A stretch of 64,000 bases of DNA from Octopus sinensis. Its lineage: Eukaryota. The stretch lies in the NCBI RefSeq assembly GCF_006345805.1, contig NC_043012.1, positions 13,454,001 through 13,518,000 of the forward strand. The letters run 5' to 3'. The stretch's first letter is position 1. The number at the start of each line of letters is the position of its first letter. The translations under genes and the position numbers were made by a program. Shown in pieces: positions 27,011-40,593 of this stretch. Below the pieces are notes generated by a model. It was not told the DNA's origin. It did not search any database and saw only the letters and a program-made list of their open reading frames with translations.

Positions 27011-28004
27011 AAACACATACACACACACATACATATGTATGTATGTACGTATGTATGTATGTATGTATGTATGCATGTATGTATGTTTTCTAAAGCACTC
27101 CTGTCGTCAAAAAATGTACATACATTTTTATATCGAAAATAAGCAAAAGGACACGGGAAAAGAAATATTGAAATGAACTTTATTCTTTAATTTATTCGCT
27201 CAGACGTTTGATATCATCACAAGTTATATCACCTATATATCAGGGTTTATGCTGTGTGAGGTTGAGGTTTGAATTTCCCTCATCATTTAGACTATTTTAA
27301 CTTCGTTTTTTCTCGCTTGTAAACATTTGATGCAAATAATATAAATTTTACTTCTAATGAATTGTTCTACTCTAACCATAGTAAAACCTCTCACCGTTTT
27401 ATATGCTTCTAATTTTCTTCATCCAATTCGATTCTATATATTGTTATATAGTCCTTCAAAACAGCTGTGGTATTGTGAGGATGTCAATTACTCACTCTAT
27501 CTAAAAATGGTGACAGTTGTTGTTACATAAACGTAAACATTGTCAGACATCTTTTTATGAATTCCGTGGCCTTTCTGAAAAATAGTGAAAATTGTTCGAA
27601 ACTCGGTTGGAGTTCCACTGTGTACTTCAAACATGCTAGGTTTAATAAATGTGTCCAGCAACTCAACATAACCAGCAGCATAATTCTTAGTCCTTGTGGG
27701 AAGAAGCGACATCTTATGACAGGTTCGTCGTTGTTCTGCTCTCTCAGAAGAGGCAAACATTCATATTTCCTGGAAAAGGGCGGTGCATAAATCTGTGGGT
27801 ATCAGAAATGATCTTCACATAAGCATTTGTCATTTCCTTTAGACTTTTGAGTTTCATGGAAGTTTTACCACACCAAAGTAATAATGCTAGCCAAATTCAA
27901 GAGGGTTAATTGACAGATAGGCACGGATAAAATGATTTTGAGTCGATTTTATACATATAAATAGGTCTCTCAATATATACCTACATCTAATACCCCCTTA
28001 CTTA

Positions 28005-28335
28005 CTTACTTACTTGTACTTGTGGCGACATTTACCCTGGTCGGTTTGAGTCGGCTTCTTCCTTGGAAGAAATTTCTTGGGAATATGTGGATTTCACAAG
28101 CGGTCCCCAACAATCCCGCATGTAGAGACATCCTGTTTGCCGCAGATTGTCAGCAGACGCAGGGACAGAACGACCGAGTAGCCGCCGTTTGCCGAAACCG
28201 ACACTCGGAGGATTTTCACCAGACCGCCGTCTGCCGTGTTGTGGCCCTAATACCACTCGGTGTCAGACCAATCCACCTTGGGTGGCCCTACCAGGAACCG
28301 AAGTTCCCGACGGCATAGTGCTGACACTGACCGTT
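28005..28335 (-). mobile_element. Short RTE-like LINE derivative ending in a (TAAG)n tail
   Basis: GC-rich island whose minus-strand 3' end reads ...CCAGGGTAAATGTCGCCACAAGTACAAGTAAGTAAGTAAG. No intact ORF. Confidence 0.4.
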
Positions 28336-28849
28336 GCTAGCGTGTGAGGAGAGGATGTCCTAATAACCCACCACTCATACACCTGAAGTACTTTGAAGAT
28401 AGACCTCACTTATTTGCTATGATCATCATCGATAATATTTTGAAGCCCTTGAACGAATCAGAGTGTCCTTATTGAGTCTGAATATTCAGAATGTTTTGTT
28501 CTTTTCAATAGAGTTGAATAACTCCCCCCAGAGACTTTCAATTCAATCTAAAATTTGTGTACAAAATTAAAAAGTTAACAAATTTTAAATCACCTGCCCC
28601 GTTTATTTGACAACAATGACTGCATGTCTATTAATTTCTTGTATTTGCATTTATCGCCATGGAGATTATTAAACTGATAATTATGAAATGGTACCCAAAA
28701 GAAAGTAGAATTTCACAATATTATTTTATTCATTTAGATTTACATGTTTACACTTTTACATGTTTACAATTTTATTGCAATTTGAATTATTCTACATTTC
28801 AAACAATGTCGACATCCAGGCGCGTTTCCTCTATTCGAAGCAATGCTGA

Positions 28850-29470
28850 AACTCTTGCGAAGTTTTTTTCTCTTACCTCTTCCACATCGGCAAATTACTT
28901 AGCATCAGCTTTTGTCACCATTGTTGAACTTCGAGGAAAGGTCTTGGCCAACTTCTAACTTTTCTTTCAGTTCACGACTCCCATTCAGTCGTGACTGGTT
29001 TTGATCTTCTGTGAGTAAGTGAGGTACAAATTTTGCTGCAACTCTTTTCATTCGCAATTTCTCGATCAAATTTTGTGTGCAAGAGCTCCTGGACACAAGA
29101 GTCATATCACAAATTTCGTCAATAATTTGGTAACGGTCCTCCAAGACCAGTTCATGAATCTTCATGAAGTTTTCATTCGTTTAGGAGGTGCCCGGTCCTC
29201 TTGAGCGCGGTTGGTTATGAGTGACCATACGTAAAGCGTGGTAACCACTGGTAAAAATGTTTCGCTCATGGCAGCGCGCTTGCAAGCTGTTTGAAGTATG
29301 AAAACTGTTTCAGCCGCCGTTTTCCCCAGCAGGAAACAAAATTTTATGGAAGCACGTTGTTCTTTCGTTTCAGCTATCGGAAAAATCGACGAACAGGGGA
29401 GAGGGACTGCAAAACAAAGATGCTCCACGTAGCAGTAGGAATATATCAGACGACGCCAGTCGGCAGACTA
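28850..29470 (-). mobile_element. mariner transposase, N-terminal fragment
   Basis: EQRASIKFCFLLGKTAAET (HTH start) and VLEDR...LRMKRVAAKFVPHLLTEDQ (WVPxxL linker). Frameshifted. Confidence 0.85.
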
Positions 29471-31049
29471 ATGCGTTAGGTTTGTAGCTGTTGATAGAAA
29501 TTGCAGCTGTTCCATTTTATTTTGATTTTTTTTCTTTTAGCACGAAGTCATTTCTTTTAAAGGAAATCAAGAAGTCGATACCATCGACATTTGTATTTAC
29601 CTCCTACTCATTTGGTCTATAACGAAATTGTACGAGCGAATAATTGAAATAAGCAAAGTTTGAACCAAGAAGAGAGATGTATTGATTTAATACAGGTAAC
29701 TACAATTAAACAAAAGTTGCTAACCATTTTAAGTTTATTCTGTCATTTAAATGCATTTTATATCTATAAAAATTATCTAAATACACGGAACATCCATTAC
29801 AGATTATTACAGCATGTGGATACTTTCCCATAGTTTTTTTTTTATCTCCTGGTTCACAATTCTTCCAACTATTGATACTGATGTTACGTGATTTTATTTT
29901 CTGATTCAACATTAGTTCTCAATTCACACATATCGCTAAGAGATGTTATTTTTGCTATTTAATACCACACTCTGTGGTGATTTTACATCTTGTATTAGTA
30001 AAGAACAACTGAGATAAAAAATAATACATGTGATTCTGTGGGCTAGGGTTAAAATGATCTAATTCTGTTAGCTTGAAGGTAAATGTAAACTTGTGTAATC
30101 GCGTAGTACATTAAATAGAGAAGTTTCATTCTGATGACACCATAACTACTATACATTTGTGTTTATGTATATAGGCTGTCGGTTTTATTGTGATTGTAGG
30201 TGTGATGACTTTATTAACCTGCGTGTGTAGGCGATGATTATATATACATATTTCCCGCGAAAATTTTTCATTTCTCTTTTATTGTTCCCTCCGCACGCTG
30301 GGTATTTTGTATTCATTTTCAGATTTTATGAACCGCTATTCAATTGTATTAAACAAACACGATAACATATGAAATATTCATAACTAAGTCAGTTACGTAT
30401 TCAGTGAAAAATATATTTTAATGTATAAATGCTTATTGAACAAACAATAATATACAATACGCAAAGAGAGAGGAACTGCTAAGCTTCATCACATATATTT
30501 CTTAATGTATTGCTATAACGAAATAAAGCAATATACTGCGACAGACAGAAATGGTATGCCGCTATTGCTCATTTATATATACTTGAACTGCTGTGGCTAT
30601 TTTCCAGGAATGAGTGAAATATTGTAAACACTGTAATACTTTTTCTCCAAATTATGAATTATTATAGAACCTCGAAGACTGATAGTATCACTTAAACTAC
30701 AATGTGTCCGTATGGTTAAGCGCCGCATCAGGGTCAATTCTCTTCTATTGTAGCCGCGAGCGTTGTGAATGAATTTGGCAGATGGAAACTGTGCAGAAGC
30801 CCAATGTATAACTATATATGTATAGGGATGTTTGTGTGTCTTTTTTCTTTGTTCTTCACCTCTTGGCTATCAGAGGTAGTTTGCGTATGCCAAAGCAGTA
30901 TTGCAACTTTGCTTTAAAAAAACTAGGTAGTTGATTTGTTAAGGTAGATCATTCAATGTGAAACAAGGAGTGAAACAAGTAATATGAGTATTAAAATTCA
31001 AAATTGTTTTAATGTTTTTTGCTTCCTATAATTTCCAACTTTTTCATAA

Positions 31050-32815
31050 AAGGAGTCATTTTCTAGTATGGACAATGCTAGGAATTTATAGTATTATGTG
31101 TCCATCACTACCACAGCACTACCTTTTTCTGCTTCTTTGATTATCAGGTCTTTGTCGCTTTTTAGCTGTAGTAGGTATTTTCATTGTATGGTGTTCAGGT
31201 TAGGTACAATTTTTAGTTCATAGATAGTGAGAGGAAAATTCTGGATACGGTTCTAGAAGTTGCCTAGTGTTTTATTCCTTCCTTTGAGTGGTAGATGATT
31301 ACTTTTGTCTCTCATTAGTGATTCATCATCGTTGTTGTAGTTGGTTAGTGCTTCTAACAATCGAAGTTTTATACAGGATTCTGCAATGTTATCTTTAATT
31401 TCATTGGTGTTGGGTCTACGTGGAGTAGGTGTAAATTTTAAACCTTTAGCTAAAATACGGATTTTTGTTGTGGTGAGAGATTTCTTAGATAAATTAACCA
31501 TTTTGGGTTACTCCTGTAAGATATATTCCAACGCGTGTCCCTGTGTCTCTGTATTCTGTCTAAAAAACGCTGTGTGTTGTAATTAGGCTAGAAAGTTTTA
31601 GCGGTGTCAGGATTGCTATTGTGGGAGAATTGTTGTGTAGGTAAGTTTGTTGGGATTATGTGGTGCGGGTGTTTATGTTGAAATGAGTTGTAGGGGTGTT
31701 CTAACCAGAATGAGTTGTATGGGTGTTGTAATTAAGTTGGAGGGACTTCTCAGTGTTAGGGTTGCTATTAATGGCGGAATCTTATTGTAAGTGTGGTGGT
31801 GGTTGACATCCCAGTGGGGTAGATTTATGTGTCTGTGTTGGATGTTTGATCTGCGTGTACGATTATTGGTTTCTGTGAATGAATCTGCTTTGGATTTTCT
31901 TTTTTAAAGGGGCTTGTCTGAGTTGTAGTTCCATTCACAGTCGTCTTTCCATAGTATAATATCATTTTGTAGAAGTTGTTCATTGGCATGTATCGTGAAT
32001 TCCGTGTTCATCTCGTCATCGATTGTTTTATTCTTTTGTTCATGATTCTCAGCTCTGTGTTTAAGTAATTCAGTTTCTGTTCTAGTAGTGCTAGTTTCTC
32101 TCTGAGGATTCGTTGTTGATCTGGTACATCTGGGGTGGATTTGATTTGGGTTTTGCGTGGCAAGCTTGATGGTGTGGAGTTGATCCATTTTTCATATATT
32201 TGTGCCTTATCGTTATTTTTTACCATTTTCCCGAATGAGAGTTTTCTGCTGTTGCGTTTTTGGGCCAATGCGGGTTTTAACTAGGCCTGCTGAAGTTGTT
32301 GTGTTTTCATTCGGAGTGGGTGATTTTGTAGTGAATCTGTTATGGGATTCTTTGTGGAAAAGTTAGTAAACAAATCATTTAATATAGTGCATAACTCACG
32401 TTTTACTTGTCCTTCCCTGTAGAATTGTTTCTTTGAAATTTTTCTAAGTCTTCAAGTTTTTGGTGGTATATTCCATTGATTTTGTTGGTTAAAGTGACTA
32501 TATGACGTGAAGGGTTTCTCTTTGTCTGGGTGAAGAAGTAGTAGCACCGAAAGTTGAATTCATATGCTGAGGAGTAGGTAGGATCCCCTGCATGTTTCTA
32601 GTTGTTCGATGAAAAGAATTGAAATAATTGTCATTATTATTATTTTTCTAGTCCAGGGGTGTTTCTTACTGGTATTTCCCATTAATGGAGATTCGTATTG
32701 TAAGGCTGGTAGTGGTTAACTTCCCAGAGGTGGCGTAGTTTTGTGTGTCTCTGTTGGAAGTTTGATCTGTATGTACGATTATTGGTTTCTGTGGATGTAT
32801 TTGTTTTGGATTTTT
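31050..32815 (-). mobile_element. Penelope-like retroelement, 5' ORF region and RT N-terminus
   Basis: VNLSKKSLTTTKIRILAKGLKFTPTP, followed downstream by LKSDKDLIIKEAEKGSAVVVMD. Confidence 0.8.
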
Positions 32816-33640
32816 CCGTATCCAGAATTTTCCTCTCACTATCTATAAACCAACAATTGTACCTAACTTCAACAACATACAATGGAAGCACCTACTACAA
32901 CTAAAAAGCGACAAAGATCTGACAATCAAAGATGCAGACAAAGGTAGTGCTGTAGTATCGATGGACGCAGAATACTATAAAAACCTAGAATTGTACATAC
33001 TAGAGAATGACTTATTTTTATAAAAAAATTTTCAATTTATAGGCAGCAAAAAAACAATTCAAAACCTTGCAACTTTAAAACTCCGACATGGAAAAGGCCT
33101 GACAGGAAAAAAAAAGAGTACATCACAAACTTCAAATGCAAACGACACCTTTTCTATGTCTTCCCCAAAATCCACAAGAGTCAAATAATTACTAATGCCT
33201 GAAAATCAAATCCAGGTCTATACATAAATATCACAATATCAGAAGACTTAAAATTAAGGCCTATTATTGCTGGCCCAGCCTGTGAAACACACTGCGTAAG
33301 CAGCTTTCTGGACATACTATGAAAAACTTTCCTGAAATACATTAAATGTTTCATTAGAAACGACATGGTCATGCTAGAGCAACTACCAAAAACTACCAAC
33401 GAAGAAATTCTATTAGTCTCCTTCGATGTCATCAACCTCTACACTAACATTCCACATGACTACGGAATAGGGGCGATCAAATTCTGGTTAGAAAAATACT
33501 CCGAGGTTCTCCCGGACTGCATAAACCAGACTTTTGTCATCGAATCCCTATGGTCATCCTACAAAACAATTACTTCCTATTCGATACAATATACTACCTC
33601 CAAAAATGCGGTATTGTGATGGGAACAAAAGACCCGGAAA
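32816..33640 (+). mobile_element. Penelope-like reverse transcriptase fragment, inverted relative to 31050-32815
   Basis: IKDADKGSAVVSMD, FYVFPKIHKS, LRPIIAGP, LVSFDVINLYTNIP and NNYFLFD..YLQKCGIVMGT, with stops and frameshifts. Confidence 0.88.
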
Positions 33641-33969
33641 TGATCAGCATTCTAAATATGCACAACGTACTAAAATGCGAATGGCAAGACAAATCACTCA
33701 ATAGGGTTACATACAACGGAAAGTCCATTTGTCTTAGACGTACGATCGACCTTGGCGTATAAACATATGCTGCTTTGTATGCGTGTGCAAGCGACCACAG
33801 GTATATATACATATGTTGATACTTCAGTTGTGAAGTATGTGAACCTGTACATACATGGGTGTGCGAATGTTTACGTTAACTCTAACGCACTCAAGCGATC
33901 AACAATACCAGCTCCAACAAAGAATTTGTTTCACCTAACTACGTAAGCTAAATTTCTACGTTATTTCGA

Positions 33970-34502
33970 ACGAATCTTTTGCATTTTACAAAAATACAGA
34001 CGTCTATTTAATATATTTATTATTCATTATGATAAAATAAGTTATTTTCTTGCTTTTGTGTTACGAAACAAATTTTGCGTGAAGTCTGTTAGGAAGAAAG
34101 AAAAGAAGAGGAGGAAGAAAGGGGGGCGCGATAATATTAAATAGTTAATGTCTTTAAGGGGGAAAATGGTTGATAAAAATAATTACCTGGTTCATTAAAA
34201 ATTTAAGATCCAGTTCACTGGGTGAATCTTTACTGATTACTTATTTTTATGTAGCTTTGACTTTAATGCCCCAGTGAAACAGATAAATACCACAGGGCTC
34301 ATTCTAAGGATATGTGTACGAAACGATCGTACCGAGATTTTAATCCATTCTTGTTGCTTTTTTCCTATTTGTAATCACCCCACTTGTCGTATGGTTAACA
34401 CCATATAGATTTCCGGTACATCCTAGTTAAGGACCATATTCATGTGAATTCTTTAGAATTCACTTGAATCTCAATTACTTAACCGATTATATATATATAT
34501 AT

Positions 34503-34572
<70 letters not shown>

Positions 34573-35075
34573 TGTATATATGTATACACACACACATGGG
34601 AAGACAAAGAGAAAAAGAGAGAAAGAGAGAGAATCAGACAGACAGAGTGATAGATAGATTAACTGTACAGTTGAAAATAGGTATAAATTAATGTCTCCTT
34701 TCTATAGTGAGGCATTTTTCTCCATACTATGTGAATTTATCTAATGCGATGTTAAATATCTGAAACTTTTCAATTCTTTCATCTTCATTTCTATTTCCAG
34801 GTCATATGAATATAATTTACGTTTTATCCAAGGTCACACTAATTGCTACAACACTTATACAATGTCGAAATCCATAGCATGATACATAATACATGTTATA
34901 CGAACATATTTACGTGTAAAATTTCATTATCTTTACTGACAAGCTTTGCTGTCATAATTTATAAATAAGTTTAAAATATGAAGAGTCTTCTTTTTGGTTC
35001 GGTGTTCAAGGAAATATCACACATTTTTTATATCATCGTCATTTCCATCAAAAATAAAACAACTTTTAATTTCAT
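33970..35075 (-). pseudogene. CR-like pseudogene, frameshifted and interrupted by a microsatellite at about 34488-34660
   Basis: Starts ATG AAA TTA (MKL) at 35075, like CR-2. Then come KKTLHILNLFINY (cf. CR-2 EKNILHSNLFENY), KDNEILHVN, a WYPEIYMCN-like remnant (34394-34423), Cys-loop relic GTIVSYTYP*NEPCGIY (34283-34333), DSPSE.DLKF (cf. DSSSDSWDFKF), VIIFIN and M1-like NIIAPP...LFFLP. Confidence 0.65.
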
Positions 35076-35588
35076 TTTTACTTATTGCTGTGTAACTTAT
35101 ATTGAATTCTTTATCTGTTATTTGAAGATGTTGAATGTGGAAATTTTGCTTCAGTGCTCCTAGCAAATTGAAGAAAAAAATTATTGATAAGATACAATAA
35201 TAATTAAAAGGCTTCACATTGTTGAAGAATATTTCTCTATGTATTTTTTGCCTTAAAATAGAAGACTTCTTCGTTATGTATAAAAGGATATTTCATCGAT
35301 TTTTTCGTTATTTTATATATATATATTGATGATCTGTATGGTTTCTGAGTAAGCGATCAATATTCACTCACATATATACATAGACCTCTTTCATCTGACT
35401 ACCATTTATTTCATTATATGGTTACGTCACTTTCTCTCTCTCTGTCTCTCTCTCTCCCCCTATCTCTCTCTCTCTCTCTGCTTTTCTATACTCACTTCCT
35501 CTCTTCTCCTTTGTCACGCTTCCTTTTGCTCCTTTCAGAGACTGTAGCACATGTGTTATACATCATAACTTTACAATTAGCTGGAGTA

Positions 35589-35930
35589 GTGACATGGCAG
35601 AGTCGGCAGAAGTCTGGGTAAAGTACTTAGCGACATCCGGTACGTTTGTACGTTCCGAGTTCAACTTTCCCCACGATCAATTTTGCTTTTCCACCTTTTG
35701 CGATTGGTAAAATGAATACCAGTGGAGTACTGCGGTTGATTCATGGACTTCACATTCCTCTCAAAAAACTGACTGTCCCGTGCAGAAATTGAAAATATTG
35801 CGGCGGGCCGGTAGAATCGTTAGCACGCTTGACAAAATGCGTAATGTTATTTCTGAGTTCAAATTTCGCCTAGTCCAAATATGCCTTTCATTCTTTCCGG
35901 ACCGATAAAATAAAACTACCATTTCATCAC
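35589..35930 (+). mobile_element. Two adjacent degraded tRNA-derived SINEs
   Basis: Two A-box/B-box-like heads (GGCAGAGTCGG...GAGTTCAACT; GGTAGAATCGTTAG...GAGTTCAAATT), each followed by ...ATAAAATAA. Confidence 0.5.
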
Positions 35931-36890
35931 TGGTCCCCATTTAATTGTCTTATCCCCTCTGCAGAACGTGCTAGTTTTGTACCAAAATTGGAAAACAATA
36001 TTGGAGTTAACTGATAGAGTTTTCAGATGATTTATTTATTAAGAGTTGGTATATTACATTAACTACTCTGAAACATTATGTTATTATTACGATAAACACG
36101 TTGTTATTTCATTTTAGACTCAAGTTCGTTAAGTCATGAATAACGTCATGTTAAGTGATTATTTCAGAAATTATATCCTATGAAGTAAGTCTTTTAGATT
36201 TAATTCATATTTATATAAAAGTTAAAATTACCGCCTGTAAAAGAGAAATCAGCGTTGGGTTTATACAATAGAGTACATTTTCAGTACTATAGATCAATAG
36301 AGTATGAGTCAAACATTTACATTAGATACACTATATTGCGTCTTTTCTTTTCTACATAGAGAATCATTTCAAGTTATATAAACTAGAACAGTATATTACT
36401 TATTGTATTAACAACTTTTCCCGGCGTTATTCTTTCGTAATATATATAAATATATGATAACAGAGAATAAACTATACCTTTATATACGCCCTCGGCATGA
36501 TACACATAGAATCCATATACCCATTAAATCACTCTTTACTATCTTATGAATACGAATACACCCAGCGGAAAGTATTTAATAATATAAAATATTTGGGGAC
36601 AATGATGCCATAATTATAGCATCACTTCGTTTGAACACAAGACTTATGGATCAGGTATAACCAACAGGTAAACAACTAATCGTTCGACAGAGACTTAAAC
36701 TACTTTTTTATTCTTAAAGAAACTGAGAAACACTCCGACACGTCAAAGGTAAGCCCAGGGGATATACAAGAGCGTGTTTAAAAGAAGCATAAAGTATATT
36801 ATAAACATTTTCTATGAAAAGTTTAAAGGTAAGTCTTACGCGGAAAATACTTTCCAAGCGTTTGTTCTATATATATATATATATATGTGG

Positions 36891-36997
<107 letters not shown>

Positions 36998-37849
36998 CAA
37001 GTATATCCCTTCAATAATGATAAGGTGGGGAATCCAAATGCCAAACTTGGTTGAAACAATAACGTAATGATGAAAATCCTTTGGTTAATATCTATCAAAG
37101 GAAACCAACACAAATATACTTTAATGTATAATATTACAAAATAAATAAAAATTAAATTCCAACAAAAAATTTCAACAGAACATTTACCGATATGTAAGCA
37201 TATATTTCTTCTTTACTTGCTCGATTTTTAACCAAAGAAAAGCCTCGAAACTATACAGTCTTACCTTTAATATGTCTCACGTTCTACTTCACATCTTCCT
37301 CTCCTTTACGTAGACTTTGAGTAGCATCCTACTGTATTTTCTTTTTTATTCCTCCATGCCTGCTGCTTCGTTATTTCTACTTTAATAAGCTTCAACGGAA
37401 CAACAATTGTCCTACTTTGTCTCCTGTAACCAAGGGACATACACATGTGCAGAGAAATATTGATCACATTTACCGAGTAAGATGATTTGCATAAAACAAA
37501 ATAAGTAGAAGAAATACTTCATACAGTTCGGTGGCATGTAGATGAGCTGTTACAGCGTGTCCCAACAGTCACTAATGAGTTTCAAGTTTTAGTAACTTCC
37601 TTAAACTTAGAAATAAAAGCATGATATGTTGATACTATATAAAGGACATAATGGAAAGTAATATGCACTAGTCAAATTTGGCAACATCACTACAGCACAA
37701 ATAAAAAATGACATCGCTTAAATGGCATCCGTTTTCGGCTTCGCAGGCCGTGCACCTTCCAAAACCTGCACCATAACACCCTCAAGAGTTTCAGATCCCA
37801 TTTCTCTGATTGCAGTACCGGGAGATTATTCTCTCGCTAAATCATTGCC

Positions 37850-38170
37850 GTAGCATATGCATTGTTTATCTTGCAGTATGGCAGTCGCCCCATCTAGCTG
37901 AACCATGTATGAAGTCTATTTCGAATGGCCTTCATGTCACCCAGTGTTGAATAACCCGGATTTGCCTTGTGGAGATACCTGAAACGGAAGGTTTACATCA
38001 ACAAAGCGGAGACCCTGGCGCAACTGAAGAACATCAAAAGAGAAATCAGAGATATGGGGTTTGTAATTTTGTAGGATGTTATGGTGCAAATTTTGGAAGG
38101 ATCATGGGCATGCGAAGCTGAAAATGGCTGCCATTTAAGCGATTTCATTTTTCATATGTGATGTGGAGTT
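37850..38170 (+). mobile_element. Tc1/mariner-superfamily transposase C-terminal relic
   Basis: Remnant WPSCxPxxxxxDxxLWRYLKRKVYINKAETLAQLKNIKREI...CEAENGCHL matches the WPxxSPDLxPxDFxLWGxLKxxVY motif. Confidence 0.6.
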
Positions 38171-38783
38171 GTCGCAAAATTTTCTTGTGCATATGGATTT
38201 GCATTATGTACTTTATATTGTATCAAAATTTCCTGCATTTATTTGTGAACTTAAGGAAGGTATTAAACAATTAATGGCATCAATGACATTTGGGATATCT
38301 GTACAAATCGTGGTATTTGAAATAACATAGAGCATAAAATTGTGGTTTATTCAATTTACCACTCCCTCCAGATAATGGGTTACAATTGCCATTCGGTACT
38401 TTTGAATAGCATAGACAATGCTAATATCTTTGATTACATTTTTCATAACTCATAGATATATGCAATATATATAGCAAATGTTTAAATATGTAACAAAGGA
38501 AACGGGAGATATATATTTAAAACAATTTAATCAACCAGATTATTACAGAAATAGAGATCAATAAATTTATATATATATATATATATTCAAATAACAAATA
38601 TAATCAAATTAATATGATGAATTAAAGTATTCGTAGCTATCTTCTGAAAGTTGTAGCGAAGGAAAATATTTTTTATAAATTTGTGCAATAACATATATAT
38701 ATATATATCCAGCTATCCATATGCACACACACACACACACACACACACATACGCATATATATTATGTATATATATATATTATG

Positions 38784-38840
<57 letters not shown>

Positions 38841-39089
38841 GTGTGTGTGTGTGTGTGTGTGTGTATATGTATATATAAATTTAAACGGAGTCTGGATAGA
38901 TTCCTTCAAGGAATACCAGATAAGCCACCCATAATTGGATACAACTCACCCAACAAAAACTCACTACTTGAATGGACCATAAACGAAACTTGACTTAAAC
39001 AGGATTCAGATAATCCTATCAGGTGTGCTATTAAGTTAAACATGGCCTGGAACAATCTTTGGTTGAAATATATCTAAGTTTTATCTAAG

Positions 39090-39135
<46 letters not shown>

Positions 39136-39208
39136 CGGAGATGGACTTGCATAACAAGTGTCTTGATCTACGATCATGTGTTGCAACAAAAACAATTGCA
39201 GCGTGTAA

Positions 39209-39435
39209 GGTGTTTATAAGGCATTTAAAAACGGACAAAATCTGTTACATTCACTTCAAGATTTTAATTTAATTTGCGACAAAATATCCAAACTGCGACA
39301 TGTTCACTGACAAAATTATTGTCAGTGAGCAGGTCGCGGTTTGAAAGCGTTGAAAAATATTTTGACACGAATAAATCTAAATGCTGAAGTGAATGTAACG
39401 GTTCTTTGTGCGTTATTAAATGGCTTATAAACACC
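39209..39435. repeat. Imperfect foldback / MITE-like palindrome
   Basis: Outer arms GGTGTTTATAAG/CTTATAAACACC, inner arms GTTACATTCACTTCA/TGAAGTGAATGTAAC, centre CTGACAA-AATTA-TTGTCAG. Confidence 0.8.
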
Positions 39436-39491
39436 CTCTACGTTACATATGTACACAGACACACACAGACACACACACACCCATATATATG

Positions 39492-39555
<64 letters not shown>

Positions 39556-40117
39556 ATACACATATATATATATATATATATGTATGTATATGTCTGTGTG
39601 TGTAAACATCCATACATACATACACATGTATACTACTGTGTGTATGAAAACATATCAATAGTTTCATATTTACATATGGTGCAAATTATCAAAGATCCGA
39701 AATTAAAGACTGATTTAAGTCCATATTCCAAGGTGCAATGCGTCACTTCTTTTTGGTTGAATTAAATTTATTTCCTGGACTAAACTAGGTGAGATTTGGT
39801 TTCTAAATAAGCGAGAATTTGGTTTAGAATACTTGCACTAAACGTAATGCATTACCTCGATGTATTCTGGAAATTATCAAATCTCGTTTTGTATCAACGG
39901 AATATTCACTGAATATTCCAGTTACACTCTCAACAAAAGTTAACAAAATCCTCCGTTCAGTTGCAATTTTATGCGCAAGAACTATATCACAATATTACGA
40001 ATTTAAGGAGTCTAATGTTATATATGCATACATATACATATGTGTGTCTGTATATATATATGCATATGTAGGTATTTATATGCGTATACATGATATTATA
40101 TATATATATATAAATAT

Positions 40118-40179
<62 letters not shown>

Positions 40180-40324
40180 TATAACACATATAAAGATACT
40201 CATCATCTGTCTGTCTCTCACTTTCTTTTTCTTTCTCTTTCTCTTTATGAATATATATACATATATATACCTGCAAGCATATTTATCTACGTGTGTGTGT
40301 GTATATATATATAGATATAAATAT

Positions 40325-40450
40325 AGCGGTTCGGCATAAGCGACCGAGAAAATAAGTACCAGTGATACAAAGAATAAATCCACCGTTTGATTCCTTCGAG
40401 TAAAAGAGCGGTGCTCCAGCATGACCACAGTCAAACAATAAAAGAATAAA
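40325..40450 (+). mobile_element. SINE 3' portion
   Basis: GGTTCGGC...GACCG...AATAAGTAC...GCGGTGCTCCAGCATGACCACAGTC...AAAAGAATAAAAGA. Confidence 0.6.
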
Positions 40451-40526
40451 AGAATATATATACATATATATGTGTATATACATGTATTTATATATGTATA
40501 TATATATATATGTATATATATTTGTG

Positions 40527-40559
<33 letters not shown>

Positions 40560-40593
40560 ATACACACACACATATGTAAATTTATATGAATAT

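Noticed and set aside
27497-27790. Possible Tc1 DDE fragment (AAGYVELLDTFIKP)
   Set aside because: A single weak motif with no catalytic residues or TIRs identifiable.
35017-35217. ORF with a signal-peptide-like N-terminus as a small secreted protein
   Set aside because: It starts at GTG (the nearby ATG is followed immediately by TGA) and overlaps the 5' end of the CR pseudogene in another frame.
36118-36184. Apparent plus-strand micro-exon (TTTTAG...GTAAGT) reading MNNVMLSDYFRNY, similar to the CR-4 N-terminus
   Set aside because: It has an immediate stop, is on the opposite strand to the neighbouring receptors, and has no further homology; likely chance.
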